The notes: generated by a model from the letters alone, not told the origin. A stretch of DNA of 64,000 nt from Alphaproteobacteria bacterium (GCA_965232515.1 CBDDPY010000002.1:1376001-1440000); one strand, 5' to 3'. Shown: positions 1 through 9,847, numbered from the stretch's first letter. Made by a program: numbers and translations.

Positions 1-895
1 CCAGGACCGAGCCCAGGATCACCGCCATGGCGCCGATCTGGAAGACGGTGATGGGCTGGCTGAGGATCAGCAGCGCCAGAACGGCGGCGATCACCGGCTT
101 CAGGAAGAACAGATAGCTGCCGCGGGTGATGTCGGGCACGGCGGCAAGGCCGGCAAGCCAGATGATCTGGGTGATCGTCGTGTTCCAGATACCGATGGTC
201 AGCAGCGACCAGCTCTCACGCGGGGCGCGGTCGAACAGCGTGGTCGGATCGATCCACTTGCCCCACCAAAAACCGACCACCAGCCAGAGCGCGACGGCGC
301 CGATGGTCATGGTCACGGTGATGATGCGGATGGCGCCGAATTCGTTGATCAGCGGTTTCGACAGCACCATGTAGGCCGAGATCATGGCCGAACTCACCAT
401 CACCATCAGCATCCCGACCAGCGACGTCGAGCTGCCGGCAAGGCGCGCTATGTAGCCGTCGGTCACCAGGAGCGCGACGCCGGCGAAGGCGCAAAGGCCG
501 CTGATGATCTTCGGCGCCGTGAACGGCACTCGGTTCAGCACCAGATTGAGCAGGCCGACGAAGATCGGCGAGACGGTGACCAATGTGGCGACCTGGATCA
601 CCGTGGCGAAGTCCAACGCCACATGGAACAGCAGATAAGGGATCGACACGCCGAGCAGCGACAGCAGCAGGATCCGGAGGCCATGCGTCCTGAGCGGCGC
701 CAGCAGGTCGCGGCTTGCCGGCAGCACCAGCGCCCAGACCAGCATGCCCGCCGCGCCCAGCACATAGCGCCAGACCGACACCTCGGCCCCGGCCACGCCC
801 GAGTAGACGGCAACGAACTCGCTGGAACCATGGCCCAGCACACCGACGAAAACGGCCGCATAGGCGAGCGGGGCATGGCGGTGCAGAAGGGTCAC
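1..895 (-). CDS. DMT/EamA family transporter (3' end outside window)
   Basis: Translated by hand from GTG at 895 (VTLLHRHAPLAYAAVFVGVLGHGSSEF...). Multiple hydrophobic helices. Not in the ORF track because it runs off the window. Confidence 0.75.
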   Translation of the reverse strand, partial: MTLLHRHAPLAYAAVFVGVLGHGSSEFVAVYSGVAGAEVSVWRYVLGAAGMLVWALVLPASRDLLAPLRTHGLRILLLSLLGVSIPYLLFHVALDFATVIQVATLVTVSPIFVGLLNLVLNRVPFTAPKIISGLCAFAGVALLVTDGYIARLAGSSTSLVGMLMVMVSSAMISAYMVLSKPLINEFGAIRIITVTMTIGAVALWLVVGFWWGKWIDPTTLFDRAPRESWSLLTIGIWNTTITQIIWLAGLAAVPDITRGSYLFFLKPVIAAVLALLILSQPITVFQIGAMAVILGSVL

Positions 896-1001
896 AATGG
901 CGATGTCCTGAACGAAGCGGTGGGTGGACCGAGGTTAGCCGCGCCGCGATCGACGCGCAAAGCCAACGAATGGCGGATGACGGCGCATGCGCGAATCATG
1001 C

Positions 1002-1017
1002 TTAATGCGACATTAAC
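1002..1017 (+). promoter_or_regulatory. CtrA-box TTAA-N7-TTAAC upstream of mltB
   Basis: TTAAtgcgacaTTAAC is an exact match to the alphaproteobacterial CtrA consensus. A GANTC site lies at 993-997. Confidence 0.65.
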
Positions 1018-1155
1018 GTCCATGTCCGACATTCGCGAATGTCTGGACCGGTCGAGGCTGACAGTGTCGATCGTCGGACAACGCAGCGTGATGCGACGGT
1101 CGTTGCCCGACGCAATGACGATGTGGCAGAAGGTGCGCGACAAGCAGGAGAGCAC

Positions 1156-2136
1156 ATGAACCGCCAACGCATTTTCAGCATGTTCGCCGCCGGCATTCTG
1201 TCGACCATCGCGTCGACGGCCATGGCCGAAACCCAGCCGTTCGGGCAGTGGCTCGACGAGCTTCGCGCCGAGGCCGCCGGCAAGGGTATCGGAAACGATG
1301 TGCTGGATACGGCGCTGCGCGATCTGGAGCCGATCCCACGGGTCATCGAGCTCGACCGCAAGCAGCCCGAGTTCACCCTGACGTTTCAGCAGTATATGGA
1401 CCGCGTCGTACCGCAGTCGCGGATCAACAAGGGCCGGCAGAAGCTGGCCGAGCATCGGGCGCTGTTGACGGAGGTCGGCAAGCGCTATGGCGTGCAGCCG
1501 CGCTTTATCGTCGCCCTGTGGGGTATCGAAACCGACTTCGGCCGGGTTACTGGCGGTTTTCCGGTCGTTGCCGCGCTGGCGACGCTGGCGCATGACGGCC
1601 GCCGCAGCAAATACTTCCGCGGCGAGTTGCTGAACGCCCTGCAGATCCTGCACGAAGGCCATATCAAGCACGACGCCATGATGGGGTCCTGGGCCGGAGC
1701 CATGGGCCAGAGCCAGTTCATGCCGTCGAGCTTCGTGCGCTTCGCCGTCGACTATGACGGCGACGGCCGCCGCGACATCTGGCAGACCCAGGCCGACGTG
1801 TTCGCGTCCGCCGCCAACTATCTCGCCCGCTCCGGCTGGAGGGACGATCAGACCTGGGGACGGAAAGTGCAGCTGCCGGCCGGGTTCGATCTGTCGTTGG
1901 CGGATCTGAAGATCCGCAAGCCATTGGCCGAATGGCAGGCGCTGGGCGTGCGGCGGGCGGACGGCAGCGATCTGCCGACCCGCCAGTTGCAGGCTTCGCT
2001 GGTGTTGCCGGCGGACGGCGCGGCGAGTCCCGCCTTCCTGGTCTACAACAACTACCGAACCACCTTGAAATGGAACCGGTCGACCTATTTCGCCATGGCG
2101 GTCGGCCATCTGTCGGACGCCATCGGCCGGCGGTAG
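1156..2136 (+). CDS. mltB: Lytic murein transglycosylase B family
   Basis: Signal peptide; ALWGIETDFG, GSWAGAMGQSQFMPSS, DYDGDGRRDIW motifs; AGGAG before ATG 1156. Confidence 0.92.
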   Translation: MNRQRIFSMFAAGILSTIASTAMAETQPFGQWLDELRAEAAGKGIGNDVLDTALRDLEPIPRVIELDRKQPEFTLTFQQYMDRVVPQSRINKGRQKLAEHRALLTEVGKRYGVQPRFIVALWGIETDFGRVTGGFPVVAALATLAHDGRRSKYFRGELLNALQILHEGHIKHDAMMGSWAGAMGQSQFMPSSFVRFAVDYDGDGRRDIWQTQADVFASAANYLARSGWRDDQTWGRKVQLPAGFDLSLADLKIRKPLAEWQALGVRRADGSDLPTRQLQASLVLPADGAASPAFLVYNNYRTTLKWNRSTYFAMAVGHLSDAIGRR

Positions 2137-2210
2137 GTACGGCGATTGCGGCCGAAGCGATGGGTCGGTAGGATACCAGATAGACCGTTCCGATTTCTCC
2201 CATACACAAT

Positions 2211-3176
2211 ATGAAGTGGAAAATGCGGTCAACTCGCGCTCTGCCCATCACCGTCGCCGGCCTGCTGCTGCTCGCGGGCTGCGCCGAAACGCAGCTGGTG
2301 GTGCATACGGCCAAGAAGATGCAGACCGGAACCCGGACGCCCGCCGTCACGACCGGCGTCTACAAGGTCGGCCAGCCCTATCAGATCAAGGGCATCTGGT
2401 ACTATCCACGGGAAGACCCGAACTACGATCAGACCGGCATCGCCTCGTGGTATGGCGACCCGTTTCACGGCCGGCGCACGGCCAACGGCGAAACCTACGA
2501 CATGAATGCGATGACGGCGGCGCACAAGACGCTGCCCATGCCGACCAAGGTCCGCGTCACCAATCTGGAAAACGGCCGGTCGCTAATTCTGCGGGTGAAC
2601 GACCGCGGCCCCTTCGTGAACGGCCGGATCATCGACGTGTCGCGCCGCGCCGCCGATCTGCTCGGTTTCGAGCGTCAGGGCACGGCGAAAGTCCGGGTCA
2701 CGGCCATCGAGGAGGGGCGGGACATCATCGCGCCCAAACCGGAAACGCCGCGTGAGATCAGAACGGCGCTGCCAGCGGTACCGCAGGGCGACGTGACGGT
2801 GCAGACGCTGGCGCCGCCGCCTGGCGTGAAGCAGGCGACAACCGTGGCGCCATCCGCAGCGCAGCCGACCCGACTGGCCGCCGTCGCGCCGCGCACCGAC
2901 GTGCCGATCACCGGCGTCGGCGAGGTGCTGCAACTGCCCGTCCAGCCGACCCGGATCTATGTGCAGGCCGGCGCCTTCCTGCAAGTGCAGAACGCGCATC
3001 GCCTGGCGGTGCGGCTGAACCGCGTCGGGCCGACCAAGGTGACGTCGGTGTTCGTCGACGATCAGGAATTCTTCCGCGTGCGGGTCGGGCCACTGACGGA
3101 CGTGCCCGCGGCCGACCGGACGCTGCAGCAGGTGCTGGCCTATGGCCAGAAGGACGCCAAGATCGTCGTCGACTGA
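2211..3176 (+). CDS. rlpA: Septal ring lytic transglycosylase RlpA (lipoprotein, DPBB + SPOR)
   Basis: Lipobox LLAGC; GIASWYG, TAAHKTLP, VNDRGPF; C-terminal SPOR domain (YVQAGAF). Confidence 0.93.
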   Translation: MKWKMRSTRALPITVAGLLLLAGCAETQLVVHTAKKMQTGTRTPAVTTGVYKVGQPYQIKGIWYYPREDPNYDQTGIASWYGDPFHGRRTANGETYDMNAMTAAHKTLPMPTKVRVTNLENGRSLILRVNDRGPFVNGRIIDVSRRAADLLGFERQGTAKVRVTAIEEGRDIIAPKPETPREIRTALPAVPQGDVTVQTLAPPPGVKQATTVAPSAAQPTRLAAVAPRTDVPITGVGEVLQLPVQPTRIYVQAGAFLQVQNAHRLAVRLNRVGPTKVTSVFVDDQEFFRVRVGPLTDVPAADRTLQQVLAYGQKDAKIVVD

Positions 3177-3275
3177 CCGGAGACAGCGACCGTCGCCATA
3201 ATTCCGGCAATTTTTGTCACTAATGCGCTCGCCGGTTGACCGTAATCCCATGCAAAATACCGACAGAGACATCCC

Positions 3276-4424
3276 ATGCGCTTACTGACCACCTTCGCCT
3301 ATGCCGCCGCCTTGATGCTTGCGGCCGGCCTGTCCGCTTCGCCCGTGATGGCACGGGACACGCCGGCCAAGCAGGCTATTCTGATCGACGTCGCGACGGG
3401 CTCGGTGCTGTTCTCCAAGAACGCCGACGAGCGGATGCCGCCGGCATCGATGTCGAAGCTGATGACGGCCTACATGGTGTTCGAACGGCTCGCCGACGGC
3501 CGGTTGTCGCTGGACGACGAGTTTCCGGTCAGCGAACGCGCCTGGCGCAAGGGCGGCTCGAAGATGTTCGTCGAGGTCGGCAAGCGGGTCAGTGTCGAGG
3601 ACCTGCTGCGCGGCATCATCGTCCAGTCCGGCAACGACGCCTGCATCGTCATCGCCGAGGGCCTGAGCGGCAGCGAGGAAGCCTTCGCCGAGGAAATGAC
3701 CAAGAAGGCGCGGGAAATCGGCCTGACGGACAGCAACTTCCGCAACGCCAGCGGCTGGCCGGACCCCGACCACTACATGTCGGCCCGCGATCTAGCCCGG
3801 CTCGCCATGCGGCTAGCGCAGGACTTTCCACAGTTCTATCCGATCTACTCGGAGAAGGAGTTTACCTTCGCCGGCATCAAGCAGGGCAACCGGAACCCGC
3901 TGTTGTACAAGAATATCGGCGCCGACGGCCTGAAGACCGGACATACGGAAGAGTCTGGCTACGGTCTGACGGCGTCGGCCGTGCGCGACGGCCGGCGCCT
4001 GGTGCTGGTGGTGAACGGACTGGAAAGCGTGACCCAGCGCGCCCGGGAATCCGAGCGCCTGCTGCAGTGGGGCTTTCGCGAGTTCAAGAACTATCCCCTG
4101 TTCAAGGCCGGTGAAACCGTGGCCGAGGCAAATGTCTGGCTGGGCAAGAACGGCAGCGTGCCGCTGTTGCTGGAATCGCCGCTGACCCTGACGCTGAGCC
4201 GCAAGGACCGTCAGGAGATGAACGTCACGGTCAACTACGACGGCCCGATCCCGGCTCCGATCGCCAAGGGCGCCCAGGTCGCGACCTTGCGGATCGCGGC
4301 GCCCGGCATGGAGGCGCCGGTCGAGCGGCCGCTGATCGCCGGCGCCGACATCGATCAGCTCGGCTTCGTCGGCCGGATCGGCGCCGCGTTGCAGCATCTG
4401 CTGCTGGGCGCGGCGTCGCAGTAG
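3276..4424 (+). CDS. dacA: D-alanyl-D-alanine carboxypeptidase (PBP5/6)
   Basis: SxxK (PASMSK), SGN and KTG motifs. Confidence 0.93.
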   Translation: MRLLTTFAYAAALMLAAGLSASPVMARDTPAKQAILIDVATGSVLFSKNADERMPPASMSKLMTAYMVFERLADGRLSLDDEFPVSERAWRKGGSKMFVEVGKRVSVEDLLRGIIVQSGNDACIVIAEGLSGSEEAFAEEMTKKAREIGLTDSNFRNASGWPDPDHYMSARDLARLAMRLAQDFPQFYPIYSEKEFTFAGIKQGNRNPLLYKNIGADGLKTGHTEESGYGLTASAVRDGRRLVLVVNGLESVTQRARESERLLQWGFREFKNYPLFKAGETVAEANVWLGKNGSVPLLLESPLTLTLSRKDRQEMNVTVNYDGPIPAPIAKGAQVATLRIAAPGMEAPVERPLIAGADIDQLGFVGRIGAALQHLLLGAASQ

Positions 4425-4430
4425 GCGCGA

Positions 4431-5534
4431 ATGGCGACGGCCGCAGCCGAAACCGAAGACGAGGCGACGCACCCGAGCGCAGCCGCCGATCTGATCGGCC
4501 ACGCGGAGGCCGAGCAGCAAATGCTGCAGGCCTACAATGCCGGCCGCATTCCTCATGCCTGGCTGATCGACGGCCCGCGCGGCGTCGGCAAGGCGACGCT
4601 CGCCTATCGCTTCGCGCGGTTCCTGCTGCGGCATGGCGGGGAGGGTGGCGACCTGTTCGGCGCGGCGCCTGCCGACCTGTCGGTCGATCCCGACGACCCG
4701 ATCTTTCGCCGGGTCGCCGCTGCCGGCCATGGCGACCTGGTCACGGTGGCGCGGACCGCGCGCGAACGGTCCGACGAGCTGAGCGCCTTCATCCGGGTCG
4801 AGCAGATCCGTGACCTCGTGCACTTCTTCAACCTGACCTCGGCCGAGGGCGGTTGGCGGATCGCCGTCATCGATGCTGTCGACGACCTCAACGCCAACGC
4901 CGAGAACGCGCTGCTGAAGCTGCTGGAAGAACCGCCGGCCCGCGGTCTCCTGCTTCTGGTCAGTCATTCGCCGGGCCGGCTGCTGCCGACGACGCGCTCG
5001 CGCTGCCGGCGATTGACGCTGAAGCCGCTGGCCGAGGCCGACGTGGCGGCGATCTTGGGAGCGCGGCTGCCGGATCTGGCGCCGGAGGACGTCACGGCAC
5101 TGACCGTGCTGGCCGAAGGCAGTCCGGGCCGGGCGATCGCTCTGGCGGAGCAGGGGGGCGTCGCCGTCTATCGCGAGCTGATCGACCTGGCCGGCACGCT
5201 GCCGAACCTGAACTACGACCAGGTGCACCAGCTGTCGGACCGGCTGAACCGGCGCGACGGCGAGGCCCAGTATCGGGTCTGGCTGGACCTGATCGGCCTC
5301 TGGCTGACCCGGACCGTGCGCCGCGGTGCCCTGACGGGCACCGATATGCCGGAGGTCGTGCCGGGCGAGCGGGCGTTGGCTGACCGCCTGGCGGCCGGCG
5401 GCGCGCTTGATCGGCTGGTCGACCTGTGGGAAAAGATCAGCAGCCTGACTGCGCGGGCCGATGCGGTGCATCTGGAGCGCAAACAGGTCGTCCTGAACGC
5501 CTTTCTGTCGCTGGAGAGCGCAACCCGGCGGTAA
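4431..5534 (+). CDS. holB: DNA polymerase III subunit delta'
   Basis: HAWLIDGPRGVGKAT, NALLKLLEEPP, LLPTTRSRC. Confidence 0.92.
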   Translation: MATAAAETEDEATHPSAAADLIGHAEAEQQMLQAYNAGRIPHAWLIDGPRGVGKATLAYRFARFLLRHGGEGGDLFGAAPADLSVDPDDPIFRRVAAAGHGDLVTVARTARERSDELSAFIRVEQIRDLVHFFNLTSAEGGWRIAVIDAVDDLNANAENALLKLLEEPPARGLLLLVSHSPGRLLPTTRSRCRRLTLKPLAEADVAAILGARLPDLAPEDVTALTVLAEGSPGRAIALAEQGGVAVYRELIDLAGTLPNLNYDQVHQLSDRLNRRDGEAQYRVWLDLIGLWLTRTVRRGALTGTDMPEVVPGERALADRLAAGGALDRLVDLWEKISSLTARADAVHLERKQVVLNAFLSLESATRR

Positions 5535-5615
5535 GCGCCGAAACCGCCGTCGGCGGCAAGGTGCGCCGAGGCGGTCGGGACAAGGGTTAATGCGACGAAA
5601 CCAAAGGACGGACCG

Positions 5616-7169
5616 ATGGCCGGGCGCGACGCCTACTACATCACGACGCCGATCTACTATGTGAACGACAAGCCGCATATCGGCCACGCCTACACGACGC
5701 TGGCGTGCGACGTGCTGGCCCGGTTCATGCGGTTGGACGGACGGAATGTGATGTTCCTGACCGGCACGGACGAGCACGGCCAGAAGGTGGCGAAGTCGGC
5801 GGCCGACGCCGGCCTCGACCCGCAGGCGTTCTGCGACCAGATTTCGCAGAATTTCCGCGACCTGACGCCGCTGTTGAACTTCTCGAACGACGCCTTCATC
5901 CGCACCACCGAAGACCGTCACACACGGGCCTGCCAGGCGCTCTGGCAGGCGATGGACGCCAACGGCGACATCTATCTCGACAAGTATGCCGGCTGGTATT
6001 CGGTGCGCGACGAGGCGTTCTATGCCGAGGACGAGCTGCAGGACGGGCCTGACGGCGCCAAGCTGTCGCCGTTCGGCGCGCCCGTCGAGTGGGTCGAGGA
6101 GCCGAGCTATTTCTTCCGGCTGTCGGCCTGGCAGGACCGGCTGCTCGAGTTCTACGAGACGAACCCGGATTTCATCGCGCCGGCGAGCCGGCGAAACGAG
6201 GTGATCAGCTTCGTCAAGGGCGGCCTGAACGACCTGTCGATCTCGCGCACCACATTCACCTGGGGCGTGCCGGTGCCGGGCGACGACAAGCACATCATGT
6301 ATGTCTGGCTGGACGCGCTGATCAACTACATCACGGCCGCCGGCTATCCGGACGCCGACGCCGAGACCTACAAAACCTTCTGGCCGGCCGACCTGCACGT
6401 CGTCGGCAAGGACATCGTGCGCTTCCATGCCGTCTATTGGCCGGCCTTCCTGTTGTCGGCCGGCGTGACCCCGCCGGCCCGTGTCTTCGCACACGGCTGG
6501 TGGACGGTCGAGGGCGAGAAGATGTCGAAATCGCTTGGCAACTTCATCCCGCCACACGACCTGGTCGAGAAGTACGGCGTTGACCAGACCCGCTATTTCC
6601 TGATGCGGGAGCTGCCGTTCGGCAACGACGGCAACTTCGCGCATGCCGCCATGGTGGCGCGCATGAACGGCGACCTGGCGAACGATTTCGGCAACCTGTC
6701 GCAGCGGGTGCTGTCGATGATCGCGCGCAACTGCGATGGCGCGGTGCCGTCGCCGGGCGCGTTCACGGCCGATGACGAGGCGTTGCTGGGCCAGGCGCAC
6801 GGGCTGCTGGCCCGGCTGCGCGACGAGATGGCCGCGCAGGCGATCCACCGTGCGCTCGAGGCGCTGTGGGGCGTGATCGGTGACGCCAACCGTTATGTCG
6901 ACGCGCAGGCGCCATGGGCGCTGCGCAAGTCGGATCCGGCGCGTATGCGGACCGTGCTCTACGTCCTGGCCGAGACGATCCGGCATCTGGCGATCCTGGC
7001 GCAGCCGGTAACGCCGGCGGCGACGGCGAAAATGCTCGACCAGCTGGCGGTGCCGGCCGACGCGCGCAGTTTCGCGGCGCTGGGCGAGAAGGGGGCGCTG
7101 ACCCCTGGCACGCCGCTCCCGGCGCCGGAGGGCGTGTTCCCACGTTATGTCGAGGAGGCTGCGGCCTGA
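5616..7169 (+). CDS. metG: Methionine--tRNA ligase
   Basis: YYITTPIYY, HIGH, KMSKS. Confidence 0.97.
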   Translation: MAGRDAYYITTPIYYVNDKPHIGHAYTTLACDVLARFMRLDGRNVMFLTGTDEHGQKVAKSAADAGLDPQAFCDQISQNFRDLTPLLNFSNDAFIRTTEDRHTRACQALWQAMDANGDIYLDKYAGWYSVRDEAFYAEDELQDGPDGAKLSPFGAPVEWVEEPSYFFRLSAWQDRLLEFYETNPDFIAPASRRNEVISFVKGGLNDLSISRTTFTWGVPVPGDDKHIMYVWLDALINYITAAGYPDADAETYKTFWPADLHVVGKDIVRFHAVYWPAFLLSAGVTPPARVFAHGWWTVEGEKMSKSLGNFIPPHDLVEKYGVDQTRYFLMRELPFGNDGNFAHAAMVARMNGDLANDFGNLSQRVLSMIARNCDGAVPSPGAFTADDEALLGQAHGLLARLRDEMAAQAIHRALEALWGVIGDANRYVDAQAPWALRKSDPARMRTVLYVLAETIRHLAILAQPVTPAATAKMLDQLAVPADARSFAALGEKGALTPGTPLPAPEGVFPRYVEEAAA

Positions 7170-7170
7170 G

Positions 7171-7210
7171 GCGTTAACCTTTGTTAACCATTGTTAACCT
7201 TTCTTAACGC
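7171..7210. repeat. Four 10-bp tandem units each containing TTAAC
   Basis: GCGTTAACCT TTGTTAACCA TTGTTAACCT TTCTTAACGC, read directly. Confidence 0.9.
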
Positions 7211-7236
7211 CGCATCCGGTTTGTGAGTACGCAACA

Positions 7237-8025
7237 ATGCTGGTCGATAGCCATTGCCATCTCGATTTCCCCGACTTCGCCGACGAGCTCGACGACGTGG
7301 TCGCGCGCGCCGGCGCGGCCGGGGTCGGCCTGATGGTGACGATCTGCACCGAGGTGCGGAAGTTCGAACGGATCGCCGCCATCGCCGAACGCTTCGACAA
7401 CGTTTACTGCACGGTCGGTCTGCATCCGCACGAGGCGGCGACCGAGCCGGAGCTGGACACGGCGCGGCTGATCGATTGCGCCCGGCATCCGAAGGTGGTG
7501 GGGATCGGCGAGTCCGGCCTCGATTACTACTACGACCATAGCCCGCGGGACGAACAGCAGCGCAAGTTCCGGGCGCATATCGCGGCCGCGCGCGAGACCG
7601 GCCTGCCGCTGGTGGTGCACACGCGGGACGCCGATGACGACATGGCGGCGATCCTCGAAGAAGAAATGCAGGCCGGCGCCTTTACCGGCGTGCTGCACTG
7701 CTTCAGCTCCAGCCGGGAACTGGCTGAAAAAGCTGTTGCATTAGGACTTTATATTTCATTGAGCGGAATCCTGACCTTCAAGAAGGCCGACGACCTGCGC
7801 GACACCGCCATGGCGGTGCCCATGGACCGGCTGCTGGTCGAGACCGACGCGCCGTATCTGGCGCCGGCGCCGAACCGGGGCAAGCGTAACGAGCCGGCTT
7901 TCGTGGTGCACACGGCCGCCAAGCTGGCCGAGTTGCGGCAGATGCCGATGGCCGAGCTGAGCCGCGTTACCACGGAGAACTTCCTGCGCTTGTTCACCGC
8001 CGTCGAGGCGCCGGCCAAGGCATGA
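7237..8025 (+). CDS. tatD: TatD family hydrolase
   Basis: DSHCHL, IGESGLDY, HCF, ETDAPYLAP. Confidence 0.93.
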   Translation: MLVDSHCHLDFPDFADELDDVVARAGAAGVGLMVTICTEVRKFERIAAIAERFDNVYCTVGLHPHEAATEPELDTARLIDCARHPKVVGIGESGLDYYYDHSPRDEQQRKFRAHIAAARETGLPLVVHTRDADDDMAAILEEEMQAGAFTGVLHCFSSSRELAEKAVALGLYISLSGILTFKKADDLRDTAMAVPMDRLLVETDAPYLAPAPNRGKRNEPAFVVHTAAKLAELRQMPMAELSRVTTENFLRLFTAVEAPAKA

Positions 8026-8780
8026 AGGTCACGATCCTCGGCTCCGGCACGTCCGGCGGCGTGCCGCGCATCGGCAATCACTGGGGCGACTGCGATCCGA
8101 ACGAGCCGAAAAACCGGCGTCGCAGGGTCTCGATCATGGTCGAGCAAGGCGCCACCCGGCTGCTGGTCGACACGTCGCCGGATCTGCGCGAACAGTGCCT
8201 CGATGCCAACATCGACCGGCTCGACGCCGTGCTGTACACGCATGAGCATGCGGACCACATCCATGGCATCGACGATCTGCGCGGCCTCGCATACCTCAGC
8301 GGCGGCCGCATTCCGGCTTATGCCGGACCGCGGGCGCTCGCCGAAATCACCCAGCGCTTCAATTACATCTTCGAGAGCCGGCACGGCTATCCGGCGATCT
8401 GCACGGGCCATGAGATCGACGGGCCGTTCCGGATCGGCGCCATCGACGTGCAACCGTTCGAGCAGCAGCACGGACCGATCACGTCGCTCGGCTTCCGCTT
8501 CGGACCAGTCGCGTATTCGACCGACCTGAACGGCCTGTCAGACGACGCGTTCGCGGCGCTCGACGGCATCGAGGTCTGGATCGTCGACGCGCTGCGCTAC
8601 GAGCCGCATCCGACACACGCGCATCTCGATATGACGCTTCGCTGGATCGAGCGCGTAAAGCCGAAACGCGCCGTGCTGACGCACATGACCTGGGACATGG
8701 ATTACGCGACGCTGGCGCGCCAGCTGCCGGATGGCGTCGAGCCGGCTTACGACGGCATGGTCATCGACCTGCCGGACTGA
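8022..8780 (+). CDS. MBL-fold metallo-hydrolase (PhnP-like)
   Basis: ILGSGTSGGVP and THEHADHIHG; ATGA overlap with tatD. Confidence 0.9.
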   Translation: MKVTILGSGTSGGVPRIGNHWGDCDPNEPKNRRRRVSIMVEQGATRLLVDTSPDLREQCLDANIDRLDAVLYTHEHADHIHGIDDLRGLAYLSGGRIPAYAGPRALAEITQRFNYIFESRHGYPAICTGHEIDGPFRIGAIDVQPFEQQHGPITSLGFRFGPVAYSTDLNGLSDDAFAALDGIEVWIVDALRYEPHPTHAHLDMTLRWIERVKPKRAVLTHMTWDMDYATLARQLPDGVEPAYDGMVIDLPD

Positions 8781-8861
8781 TCGCCGGCCACCGTCGCGAA
8801 AAATCCTCACGAGATCAATCGCTTGCGAACCCCCTGCCGGCCCTTCTCCGATACAACTAAT

Positions 8862-8889
8862 ATTTGTCATAATATATATTATGCGTGTT
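8862..8889 (-). other. XerC/XerD dif-like recombination site
   Basis: Minus strand AACACGCATAA-TATATA-TTATGACAAAT compared with E. coli dif GGTGCGCATAA-TGTATA-TTATGTTAAAT. Confidence 0.85.
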
Positions 8890-9847
8890 ATTGGTCAGAA
8901 GATGGAGGTCTCCCCCCTGGCGTCGATCTCCGTTTCAGGACGCGCCGGGCGCAGTCGATGAAGGCGCGCAGCGGCGGCAGGTCGCGAGCGCGGCTGGGAA
9001 AATAGATGAAGAGCCCCGGCTCCTCGATCGCCGCCCATGGCAGCACGACCTCGAGCCGGCCGGCGTCCGCGTGCGGCGCGACCAGCGGCTCGAACAGATA
9101 AGCCAGCCCGAGGCCGTCCAGGGCGGCGTCGCGGGCCAGCAATACGTCGTCGACGACCAGACCGCCGCGCACGTCGACCTCGACCTCCCTCCCCGACGCA
9201 TCGATCAGTTCCCAGCGATAGAGCGCGCCGGAGGCCTTCTGGCGATAGGCGATGCAGTCGAGACGGGCGAGATCGGCCAGCGTCTGCGGCCGGTCATGTA
9301 TCTGGAGATAGGACGGCGCGCCCGCCACCACTGATTTGAACGGCGGCGTCAGGCGGACCGTCACCATGTCGCCGGCGATCATCGAGCCGACACGGACGCC
9401 GGCATCGAACCCCGCCGCCACGATATCGACGGAGGCGTCGTCGACGCTGATTTCGACGACCACGTCGGGATAGCGCCGCCGCACTTCCCTCAGAACGGGC
9501 AGCACCGCGAGCGGCAAAGCAACACGCGGCACGTTCAGGCGCAGGCGGCCGGAGACGGAGTCCCGCGGTCGCCGGAGGCCATCGATCGCCGAGGCGATTT
9601 CGGCCGCGGCCGGCGCCACGCGAGCAACGAAACTTTGTCCCGTCTCGGTCAGCGCGACGGCGCGCGTCGTGCGATGAAACAAGGGTGCGCCGACCCGCGC
9701 CTCGACCGCGCGTACAGCCTGGCTGACGGCCGACGCGCTCATGCCCAGCTGCCGCGCGGCCGCCGTGAAGCCGCCGAAGCGCGCAACCGCCAGCAAGGTT
9801 GGCAGGTGGGCGAGAATGTCCCGCTCGATTGTGAAGTCAGGCTTCAA
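8888..9847 (-). CDS. LysR-type transcriptional regulator
   Basis: N-terminal HTH (GGFTAAARQLGMSASAVSQ, FHRTTRAVALTETG) and DIVAAGFDAGVR substrate domain; TTG start uncertain. Confidence 0.92.
   Translation of the reverse strand: MKPDFTIERDILAHLPTLLAVARFGGFTAAARQLGMSASAVSQAVRAVEARVGAPLFHRTTRAVALTETGQSFVARVAPAAAEIASAIDGLRRPRDSVSGRLRLNVPRVALPLAVLPVLREVRRRYPDVVVEISVDDASVDIVAAGFDAGVRVGSMIAGDMVTVRLTPPFKSVVAGAPSYLQIHDRPQTLADLARLDCIAYRQKASGALYRWELIDASGREVEVDVRGGLVVDDVLLARDAALDGLGLAYLFEPLVAPHADAGRLEVVLPWAAIEEPGLFIYFPSRARDLPPLRAFIDCARRVLKRRSTPGGRPPSSDQ

Noticed and set aside
896-1155. tRNA upstream of mltB/rlpA
   Set aside because: No cloverleaf or T-loop GTTCGA context found.
3813-6986. 1057-aa antisense ORF, and similar long ORFs such as 33513-35813, 35221-37014, 40897-42432, 19768-21285
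   Set aside because: Shadow frames opposite well-supported genes. Expected from GC-rich codon bias, and no recognisable motifs.
7171-7210. Tandem repeat as a CRISPR array
   Set aside because: 10-bp units, no spacers, no cas genes.
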